This document shows, piece by piece, positions 53,323-64,000 of a DNA stretch of 64,000 nucleotides. The notes beneath the pieces were generated by a model. The model searched no databases. It was not told the origin of the DNA and was given only the letters and a program-made list of their open reading frames with translations. Position 1 is the first letter of the stretch. Every line of letters starts with the position of its first letter. This stretch comes from Octopus sinensis (taxonomy: Eukaryota). The stretch covers positions 48,608,001 through 48,672,000 of the forward strand of contig NC_043003.1 of NCBI RefSeq assembly GCF_006345805.1, written 5' to 3'. A program made the translations under genes and the position numbers.

Positions 53323-53669
53323 ACACACACACAAGCACACACACACAAGCACACACGTACGCATATACATGTACACATGCAAATACATGCACACATATGA
53401 GCCACGTGAAAGGAAGCTCTGATTAATAACGCTCTTCACACGTACAACTGTGTGTTGAAACACTTGACTTGTGCCAACACTATTAATATGTTATTTTGGG
53501 AAATAAGGGAAAGAAATTCGAAAAAAAAAGCAAAACGCTTGGGGAATAAGAATATTGTTGGTTTTCTTGTTTTCAAATTAGCGATCTTGTGTGTGTATGG
53601 GTGCGTGTGTGTGTGTGTGTGTGTATGTGTGTGAGACCATGTATTTGTGGATATAATATCACTGTATAG

Positions 53670-53682
53670 ATATAAATGAACA

Positions 53683-53755
<73 letters not shown>

Positions 53756-53871
53756 GTCTGTCTGTCTGTCTGTCTGTCTGCCTGCCTGCCTGCCTGCCTG
53801 CCTGTCTGTCTGTCTGTCTGTCTGCCTGTCTGCCTGTCTGTCTGTTTGCCTGTCTGTCTGTTAAATGAACA

Positions 53872-53925
<54 letters not shown>

Positions 53926-53937
53926 CCTATCTATCTA

Positions 53938-53972
<35 letters not shown>

Positions 53973-53999
53973 TTCTGTCTGTCTGTCTGTCTGTCTGTC

Positions 54000-54033
<34 letters not shown>

Positions 54034-54066
54034 TTGTCTTTCTGCCTATCTGTTTGTCTGTCTGTC
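53670..54066. repeat. Duplicated compound microsatellite [taaatgaacat-(ATCT)n-(GTCT/GCCT)n] x2
   Basis: The unique leader taaatgaacatatctatc occurs at ~53672 and ~53862. Confidence 0.9.
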
Positions 54067-54439
54067 TTTATCTGTACTGTCACAAATTTACACAGATATG
54101 CAAAAAAATACTTTTATATATACTTTCATATATATATATTTGTACACACAGAGACACGCACGCACGCAAACACATACACACATGCACACACACGCACACG
54201 CACATACACATACGCACATACATACATGCACATGTATATGTATATATACGGAGGATATATAACGTAGATAAATCTACTGTTTATTTGAAAGGCTTAACTA
54301 TGGAGGTAGATTTGCTATAAAAACATTCTATTGTTATCCTAAGTAATCAGAAAAATATTTGGGAATCTTCTGGTAGATCTGTTTACAAATCTCTATATAG
54401 CTACTGTTCAAGGGAAAACCCATAAGAGAAATAGAAATT

Positions 54440-54595
54440 AATGTTGGTATTTTATTTACATTATTTATATTCGACGGATATTTGTCATCTTGTTTGTTGT
54501 TAACACAACGTTTCGGCTGATATACCCTCCGGCCTTCTTCAGGTGCCTTGGGGGAAATTTCGAACCTGGGTTCTCATTCCTAAGGTATCTTTCGA

Positions 54596-54626
<31 letters not shown>

Positions 54627-54630
54627 ATTA

Positions 54631-54682
<52 letters not shown>

Positions 54683-54788
54683 CATTATTATTATTATTAT
54701 TATTGTTATTGTTCAGGTCACTGCTTGGAATCGAACTCGGAATCTTGGGGTTAGTAGCTCGCGCTCTTAACCACTACGCCATATGCCC
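54440..54788 (-). mobile_element. tRNA-headed element with (AAT/AAC)n linker and Penelope-type hammerhead tail
   Basis: A box TGGCGTAGTGG, B box GTTCGATTCC, microsatellite, then GGCAC-CUGAAGA-A-GGCCG..CAGCC-GAAACGUU-GUGUU. Confidence 0.75.
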
Positions 54789-54791
54789 ACA

Positions 54792-54995
54792 GGCATATGG
54801 CGTAGTGGTTAATAACATCGAAAAATACCTTAGGAATGAGAACTCAGGTTCGAAAGACACCTGAAGAAGGCTGGAAAGTATATCAGCCGAAACGTTGCGT
54901 TAACAACAAACAAGATGAGGAGAAATATCCGTCGAATGTAAATAATGTAAATAATGTAAATGATGTGCATAATTCCTCATCTCTTAAATATAGGA
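54792..54995 (+). mobile_element. Inverted, internally deleted second copy of the tRNA/hammerhead element
   Basis: First 21 nt of the head fused to taacatcgaaaaatacc..., then GACAC-CUGAAGA-A-GGCUG..CAGCC-GAAACGUU-GCGUU and the same AT-rich tail. Confidence 0.75.
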
Positions 54996-55199
54996 ATGTT
55001 GGTATTATCCAATTCTTATTTCTTCTGCCAATGCTTTGCTGTAGGGTTAATCTGTTGCTGTTTGTACTCATTTTCAACTGAGAAAACTAGAATAACATAA
55101 AATGAAGTGTTTTTCTCAAAAACACAACGCATCGCCTGGCTATCGGAACTACTATATCAAGTAATCTTTAGACTGCAATATATAATTTGGGAAGGGCAC

Positions 55200-55612
55200 G
55201 GCTGCGAATATATGTAGCCAAATACGGTTCCTCAAAAAAGGCTTCTGGTGTAACATTATTCGACAGGGTGTCTAACTCGGCGATCAGGGAATCTCTTTGA
55301 GTCCAGCCGCTATTTGTCTGCATTGAGAAGTCACAGATCCGGTACAACGAATGCGTGATCAGAATGTCGCAGGAAAGAATTGCAAGACGGATTTCACAAG
55401 CCGTGCCAACCGGCAGGAAATCTAAGGGCAGACCAAGAACGAGATTGTTTGGTAATATTCATAGTCTCAGTTGGTCATGCTTGGGAATCCAGCCAAAAAG
55501 TCTACTGATGGTTGCTTCTGATAGAATCCTACGAAGATGTCTTTAGATTCTACTCCCACGACCCTTCTAGGGATAAAATATGGAAAAGATGGATGAATGG
55601 ATGGATGATTAT
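55200..55612 (+). mobile_element. RTE-clade LINE 3' fragment
   Basis: VIRMSQERIARRI..TGRKSKGRPRTR, the GHV.RM..R....G.R..GRP motif; ends in a (GGAT)-like tail. Confidence 0.7.
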
Positions 55613-55677
55613 TCAAAAAATTATTTAACAAAATGGAAATTTTGAAGAAATATGGTGGAAAGAAAATCAAAACTCAC

Positions 55678-55842
55678 CGACACACATAGGAGGGTCTTTG
55701 GACCAAGTATCCCGGTTGCATTCAGCAAAACGCTGACCGACCAATGCAAATTTTCGCTTGCAGCTGAAGAATACATATCTCCTCGAATCTCTGTATTTTA
55801 CTTTCAGGTTTGGTACTTTTCGAATGTGAGGACATCTACCCT
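55678..55842 (-). CDS. SR-C-like receptor, CCP/sushi domain 1 exon (phase 1-1)
   Basis: Acceptor ttcattcttttag, donor G|gtgagt, 165 nt. Translates GRCPHIRKVPNLKVKYRDSRRYVFFSCKRKFALVGQRFAECNRDTWSKDPPMCV with the 4-Cys + W-x4-P-x-C sushi pattern. Not in the ORF track. Confidence 0.9.
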
Positions 55843-56359
55843 CTAAAAGAATGAAAGAAAGAGCAACAATATTAAAAATGTTAACTGAAATTCTTCACTT
55901 AGTTGCGAGGCTAAATTTTTATTGAGAAGGAAATCAAGATTGTGTAACTTCATTCTGTTTTAATTATTATTATCCTTTAACCAGTTGGTTTCAGTCATTG
56001 GACTACGGCCACCCGAAGAATGCAGAACATTGACTTCGAAGAGTATCGTTGATCATATCGACACCCAGTACTTGCATTTATTTCGGTGTGGTACTTACCT
56101 TTTTTTTTATCGTTCTCTATTTTCCGAATCGATTAATTACCTATTTAACCAGAGTGGACAAACAAGGACAGACAAACGGATTAAGTCGATTATATCTACC
56201 CCAGTGCGTAACTGGTACTTATTTAATCGACCCCGAAAGGATGAAAGGCAAAGTCGACCTCGGCGGAATTTGAACTCAGAACGTAGCGACAGACGAAATA
56301 CTGCTAAGCATTTCGCCCGGCGTGCAAACGTTTCTGCCAGCTCGCCGCCTTGATGGCTA

Positions 56360-56860
56360 CTTGCTCGTTCTCTAGTATAGCCATCACTTGATGTATTTCA
56401 GAATCGGTCTCATGTGTGAGCAGCACGGGTGTGACTTTTTACGTCAGCAAGAGACCTACACTCTTTGGCTCAAATGTTACATACATAATTGCCCTCCAAC
56501 AAACACGAGTGACTTGTTAGTCATCATGCACTTTCATGTGTCGTTTCAAGCTCCCAGTTGATAAAGCAACCCTTGCCATATTCATGGCATGTTGTTATAC
56601 AGCATATGGTGCAATCCAAGTTCAGCTCTCTGTACATGGCTTCCTTTGTGACTTTTCAGTCCCGCTCTGCTGAAGTAGACTCTCCCGCATGAATTGCATG
56701 TCAGCTCACGCTGATCATCTACATTTCCTGGAATTATCACATCTATATCCTTTCAAACATCCATCTTCAACTTTTCACAATTCGAGCTACTACCAACTTC
56801 TCGACTCTATCATCTACTGCTTTCCTCCATCTTGCCCGATTACTTGCAGTTTCTGCCCAT
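56360..56860 (-). mobile_element. RTE-clade LINE C-terminal fragment
   Basis: EWAETASNRARWRKAV (W..LA.DR..WR..V motif) and degenerate downstream sequence. Confidence 0.55.
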
Positions 56861-57807
56861 TCATTTAGTGTATGTATGTATGTATGTATGTATGTATGTA
56901 TGTATGTATGTATGTATGTATGTGTATGTATGTATGTTAATTTGTAAGACATTGTCAATTCGGGAATACAGTAAAAGAAAATCAAAATGCTGTACAATGG
57001 GATCGAAACCAGAACACCAAACGTACAAAGCGAGAAATTTTTGATCGCATAGACATATTTCTTTCTTACCAAGTCCTTTGAGTTTGTTGCAATGGTTAAT
57101 ACTTACTACAGAGAATGTCTTCATGTTATGATAGAGAGAAAAAATGTTTTTTTATCAAAGGTATCTCACTACTATTGATAATTCCTTGGGTAAAGGACGT
57201 TTTCAGCAAGATATTTTCTGTAGAGGCTGTTAGTAGAAGGTAAATAATTCTTGGAAACAGTTTTGGTTTCTGTCAATATAATCTTTAAAAACGACAAATA
57301 AATCAGTCAAAAGCAGCGATTTGTTAAAGGACGAGTGATTATCGCTTGCATGTCTTGTTTATCATATGTGATGCATAATACACGCATCGTACGTAATATA
57401 TATTCTCATTTTTTTAAACCACCAGAGTAACTTAGGACTTACGATAAAAAAGTTTTATATATCTCAGAACATGCATAAATACATACATAAATATCACCGT
57501 GATCACTGTGACCGACCAGGCTATCAGATGTTGTTACACATCGCTGGTCACAATGCGCTTCGCATTGTTTTAGCCTTCAAATGACGCCACCCCGCTGGCT
57601 AAGCGAGCAGGCCAACAGAAGAAAAAGTGAGAGAAAGTTGTGGCGAAAGAGTACAGCAGGGCTCGCCACCACCCCCTGCCGGAGCCTCCTGGAGGTTTTA
57701 GGTCTTTTCGCTCGATAAACACTCACAATGCCCGGTCTGGAAATCGAAACCGTGATCTTACGACTGCGAGTCCGATGGGCCATTGCGCCTCCACACATCA
57801 TACATAA

Positions 57808-57937
<130 letters not shown>

Positions 57938-58203
57938 TGTGAAGGCGTGTGGCTTAATGGTTACCAGCTCAAGATCTTAAAGTCGTGAGTTCGATACTCG
58001 GCAGCGCGTTGTGTTCTTGAGCAAGACACTTTATTTCACGTAGCTCCAGTAATCTCAGCTGGCAAAAAATGTGTAGCACTTGCGTTTCAAAGTGACAACT
58101 CTGTCACATTTTGTGTCACACGGAATCTTTCTGAGAAGGGTATGCGTATCTGTGAAGCGCTTGAACGGAATGCTAGTGAATCACACACACACACACACTC
58201 ACA

Positions 58204-58244
<41 letters not shown>

Positions 58245-58384
58245 ATATGCATTATTTATCTATTACTTATTTCAGTTATATATTATATGATCTATATGTG
58301 TGTGAGTGTATATATTTCTGTTTTATGTATATGTTTGTATTTATAAATATATATATATATGATTTTATATGTATATAAAATGAT

Positions 58385-58418
<34 letters not shown>

Positions 58419-58724
58419 CGTATGTAAATACACGCACACACACACACGCACACACATACATAAACGGTGGTGCCCCAGCATGGCCGCAGTCCTTGGACTG
58501 AAACTAATATATATATATTGTAAATCCCCCCCCCCCAAAAAAAAACAAACACAAAAAAACAACAACGTGAGAACGTAGTACATGTAAAGTATTAGCAGAT
58601 GCTCAGGGAAAGAAAGATGGTTTAACGTTTCGAGCAGACGCTCTTCTTTGGAAAGAGAGGAAAGTCCAATAGAAAGGAAGACGGAGGAAAAAAATCGCCA
58701 ACTATTCACACACACACACATCTT

Positions 58725-58960
58725 CGGGGTTGGCCATAAGTCACCCGACAGTAAATCAAAATTCCACAAATACTATTTGTAATTCTGTATTGACTCGAAT
58801 GGGAAAATGTGTCGCTCAAGAAGGAGTTCAGTTTGAACGCTTTTCATGAGGTTTCATATTTAGAATGCTTTTATTAAATTCATTCAGTTGTTAAACATAA
58901 ATAAATCTTGGAATTAAATGGATTTGATTTACTGTCAGGTGACATTTGGCCAACCCAGTA
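58725..58960. mobile_element. Mariner-type MITE (~235 bp)
   Basis: ~35-bp imperfect TIRs gggttggccataagtcacccgacagtaaatcaaa / tttgatttactgtcaggtgacatttggccaaccc; right end followed by agta. Confidence 0.75.
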
Positions 58961-61406
58961 TATTTACGCAAATACAAATGTGCAAATATATATACAAATG
59001 TGCATTTAGTTAAAATGCGTAGACTGATACTGAAATACAGGCTTACACTCATAGTCAATCGTTCACTGTTATACACATTAACATACATATCTTGGTTTCA
59101 AATTCTGGCTCAAGGCTAGCAGGTTTGGGGTAGAGAGTAATTCCATTAAATCGGTCCCAGTGTTCAACTGCTACTTAACATACATATATTGCCCCTCAAA
59201 CACATTTTATACAGTTACGTGAATATACATCAACAGCATATATACAGTTAACGCATGCATGTGTACAATATACGTTCAAGGGTTTGCACTGACCGACATG
59301 CAATCTAAAACGGTGATGTATATACACCCCAGTGTATTTAGCTACTTATTTCTCTTCGCTTCTCTTTACTCACACAATGACACACAAGCATTACCTCTAG
59401 AAACGTCACAACGACAACTAAACTAGTTTATAATATACTGTATATTCAGTTATATCATGCCACTTGACATCTATCTCTACCAACGATTCTCTGTGTTAAT
59501 GACGAAGTAACATCAATTCATAAATATTGTATTTTAAAGAAGTGTTGTGATAATTTATTCCCTGAAAGCGGCGAGCTGGCAGAATCGTTAGCGCACTGGA
59601 TAAAATGCTTAGCGGCATTTCTTCTGGCCTTACGTTCCGAGTTCAAATGCCGTTGATATCAACTATTGCCTTTCATCCTTTCGGGGTTGATAAAATAAGT
59701 ACCAGTGGAGCACTGGAGTCGATAGATAATCGACTAACCCATCCTTTCCTAATTTCAAACCTTAGATTAGAATCGATAAGGAATCGATAGAGCGTCGTTT
59801 TCGCTTCGTGGCCGTTGTTGCAACTCTTTATGTTCTGAGTTCAAATCTCGCTGTGGTCATCAGAAATCGTTATTGTTTAGCTTCCAGCCAATCATGACTG
59901 GACAGGCCTTTAATCAAAAGTATTCCAACTCTGATCATCTTAACCTTTTATATTAGTACAAGGGACAGTGCATATGACTACATTATCCGATTTGTCTTTG
60001 TAAAGGTACGATACAATTGTACTGTACCACGGGCATGTGCCTTTTTTTATAATTTCATATACCGAGGGAGATGAATGATCATATAAGAATATTTCAAATA
60101 TTACACATATATCCTCGTTTATCACTGGTGTTTGGTTAAAAAAAAACCTACCATATTGAATGAGTGATAAATGGATAATAAATCATGTGGAAAAAAATGG
60201 TTTCGTTTCTCAGACCCCCAAGTTAACATGAGCATTGTGGGCAGTCGCTGGGGGGCGCTTTTGCTGTCGAAGCAAATCTTTGACTAATTACAGATCCGTG
60301 TTATGACAAATCAATTCGTGATAAGCATAACTCGGTCCACAATTGAGCATACGGCTTTATCCCGGATCAGTTATAACTGATTCAGTCATAAAGGTGGATA
60401 GATGTATTCAAATGATTAGTGCTCATCTGGTACTTATTTTATCGTCCCCGAAAAGATGAAAGGCAAAGTCGATCTCGACGGAATTCGAACGCTGAATATA
60501 AAGACTGATCATATACCTCTAAGCATTTCGCCCGTAGTGCTAACTATTCTGCCAGCTGACCACATTAAACAGACCGTTCATACACAGGGCATGCGTTTTG
60601 TTTATAAGCCGAATTTGGTGGATCTGAGATGTGCTTTTAATTCATAATATATAATATAATATAATATAATATAATATATATATATATATATATGGTTATA
60701 TTAATAACCATATTGACATACACGCAAATATTTAATACAGTTCCATAAATATACGTTAACATATATAATAGGGACAAACATAGCTGCCAGGTTAACCAGC
60801 TTGTTCTGTAACCACATGGTTTCAGATTCACTCCTACTGCACGCCACTTTCGCCAGGTGTCTTCCACTATAGTCTCGGATCGAGCGAGTCTGGAAAACAG
60901 AAACTGTGCGGAAGCCCGTCGTGCACACGCACATATACGCATAATGCCCAGTTGTATGTGAAATAAGAATGTAAACATTTTTTTTTCATGCTATTGATGT
61001 ACAGAAAAGAGGGGTGGTCTCCTGGCAGACCGTTTTTTTAGAGAAAACGTACCCAGTTTCCTTCTCCTGTCAAAAGTACATCATAATATTCAGCTGCTAT
61101 ATAAAGCAGTTACTAATAGAGGATAACTTAATTTAATTCTATGTGCGTTTCATAGTTCGTCACCAATTAAACAGTATATTTTTTTTTACACACGATACAA
61201 TTTAAATCAGAAAAACTGAGATAAAATTGAATATTACTAAACAATCCACTACAGTGCAAACTAAATTTAGGACTGTTTTATAATTCAGTTGAAAGTTCTG
61301 TGCTATTGATTGGGAACAAAAACTGAGTACAAACTGTGAAAATATCCGCAGGAAGCTCCTCACGATTTTTCCTCCGAATATTAAAAACATCAAAGGAATG
61401 TGTTTA

Positions 61407-61439
<33 letters not shown>

Positions 61440-62011
61440 TATTATTATTATTATTATTATTATTATTGACCAACAGTTTAACTTTATAATACATGAATTT
61501 ATTTCAGTTCTGATTCATGCTGTATTGTGATTCCAGGTGGTTTCCGTCTGCCAAACTTACAATGCACAGGTCGGCCTGGGACTATAGTAGAAGACGTTTG
61601 CACAAGGTGCGGCGTAGTGAAACTGAAACCAAAACCTTGTAGTTGCAAAGCAAGCTTCTTAAGCATGGTCCGTTATAAATGTAATTTATAAATTACATTT
61701 GTAACGGACCATGCTGATGATGGCTGCAGTTTTCCTTGCGGAAAATAACAGCTGAAACTAATTTAGTACATGGGTAATTATTTTATTTCGTATATTTTTC
61801 ACTTGTTTATTGCTATGGTTTTGTGTTGAGTTTGATCTGAGAACATAATCTTTTGTGGTGAATGGCGATTTGACGTCTATATCTAGCATGTTGACTGTCC
61901 ACTTTTCGTGTTCAGTCCTTAATTGGTATATATAAATATTTTAATCTTCGGATTCTTTTTTAATATGCTAGACCACTGGTCTTAATTGATAAATATCAAT
62001 TTCTACCCTTA

Positions 62012-62050
<39 letters not shown>

Positions 62051-62278
62051 GTATACACGTATAATATATTCAAAGATATGTGTGTATGTATGTGTATGTA
62101 TGTCTATCCATCTCCCTCTCTCTCTCCCTCTCTCCCTCTCGCTCTCTTTCTATATATATATATATATATACATACACACACATACATACACAAATACATA
62201 CATATGTCTGAATATATGAATATATGAATATATATATACATACATACATACACATGTATGTATCTGTGTATACATACA

Positions 62279-62327
<49 letters not shown>

Positions 62328-63406
62328 TAGTCTAGCTCTCCTTAATTATTGCTGATTTCCCCTCTTTCGTTCCACTCCCATAGCATACATTCTCTAACTT
62401 ATTGTTTACTCCTTTCAAATGACTTGTATTCGCTATAGACTATCCAATACAACCTACCATTACTATTGTCTCCTGTAATAATAATTCATTCATTTAGTTC
62501 TTCCATTTTTAAATCCAAATCAAAATTCTTCTTCATTCTATTAGATTATTCTTACCAATTTTTCCATTTTTTTCATTTCACATAATATTTCATCAGTTTT
62601 GTGTACATGTATTTATTACATATTGTTTCCGCCCACAAATTTCTTAGCTCTCCTTGATATATCTTTAGCTTCGATAAATAAGCTTCTCTTTCATAAGCAA
62701 TAACCCTTTTTTTCCCCCTTTTTCTTTCGCAATATGGTGTCTTTTACCTTCTGACGCAAATCACAGAGAGAAATGGCGCCTAGAGAAAGAGCTTTGACCT
62801 AGTTATATCCACAGTTGCATTGTCACGAGATATATATCGAGGGCAGGCACTTCCAATAAATAACTACAATGGATAATATTCGACATATTTCGCATTTTAT
62901 ACTCCAAAGTAGGTAAGGATATCCCGCCTTTAGGAAGTGAAGCTCTTAAACGTACAATACAATGAAAAGTAACTTTCGGAAATGGAATACTTGAAACAAA
63001 TGGCATTACATACGTATATACGCACATATATTAAAGAACAGTTACCGGCAAGCACAAATACTTGTACACAAACGCACACACTCACACACGCATGAAGACA
63101 GACAGACACACACACAAACACACACATGCACGTACACAGGCACACATATACATACACACATAGAAAGATATATGTGTTTATTTTATATGTACATATGTGT
63201 ACGTGTGTACGTATGTGTGTGCGTTTAGGTAATGGTTTATACACACACACACAACGGAGTACATCTTTTACACTTATGCGAGAGTAGGCGTGTTAACATA
63301 CGCACACATACATAATACATACATACATACATACATACATTCATACATACATACATACATACATACATAACATAAAACAAAAAAGAAGCAGCATCAGCTT
63401 CAATAC

Positions 63407-63442
<36 letters not shown>

Positions 63443-63699
63443 GCATATGCATATGTCATATGTGTATATATGTATGACTACGTGTATGTGCGTTTTTGTA
63501 AAATATTATATTGCACACATACACAAATTTAAATAAAAGTATACACTTCCATACATAAATACACACACACACACATACACACATATATACATATAGATGT
63601 ATATATATATTTGTATGTATATATATGTGTGTGTGTATATACACACACGTACATAAACACAGGAATATATATATATATATTATATATATATACACATAT

Positions 63700-64000
63700 C
63701 CTGGAAGCACAAGGCCTCAAATTTAGGGGATGGGATTAAGTTGATTACATCGACCCCAGTGCGTAACTGGTACTTACTTAATCGACCCCGAAATAATGAA
63801 ACGCAAAGTCGACCTCGGCGGAATTTGAACTCACAACGTAACGACGGGCGAAATATTCCGCCGAGGTCGACTTTGCCTTTCATCCTTTCGGGGTCGATAA
63901 ATTAAGTACCAGTTACGCAGTGGGGTCGATGTAATCGACTTAATCCGTTTGTCCGTCCTTGTTTGTCCTCTCTGTGTTTAGCCCCTTGTCGATAGTAAAG
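63700..64000. mobile_element. Head-to-head SINE family B pair
   Basis: 63733-63824 is the near reverse complement of 63855-63946. Confidence 0.85.

Noticed and set aside
54715-54788. Functional tRNA gene (likewise the heads of SINE families A-C)
   Set aside because: A and B boxes are present, but the acceptor and anticodon stems do not pair and the sequence runs into a repeat body.
62869-62912. Plus-strand first exon MDNIRHISHFILQS with AG|gtaagg donor
   Set aside because: A single ATG-donor pair with no downstream exon in the window and no recognisable motif.

Overview
AT-rich eukaryotic DNA packed with microsatellites, tRNA-derived SINEs, LINE fragments, MITEs and Helitron/mariner/Penelope remnants. 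The repeat content looks like an octopus/coleoid cephalopod (inference). Two genes can be reconstructed by hand, both on the minus strand. (1) Seven phase-compatible coding exons between 55842 and 39546 splice into a ~464-aa CCP-CCP-MAM-Ser/Thr stalk-TM-short tail protein. This is the class C scavenger receptor (SR-C) layout best known from arthropods; the leader exon was not found. (2) A second gene appears to start at ~16.2-16.9 kb, with two small phase-matched coding exons; the DNA downstream of it (1-16 kb) is strongly CpG-depleted, consistent with gene-body methylation. The most unusual non-coding signals are a head-to-head pair of tRNA-headed elements ending in Penelope-type hammerhead ribozyme motifs (54.4-55.0 kb), further hammerhead-like motifs, a chain of R4/Dong-type LINE ends each sitting in an (AAT)n tract, and several near-perfect palindromes. 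All calls were made by eye without database searches, and repeat boundaries are approximate. Almost all ORFs in the supplied track are microsatellite artefacts.
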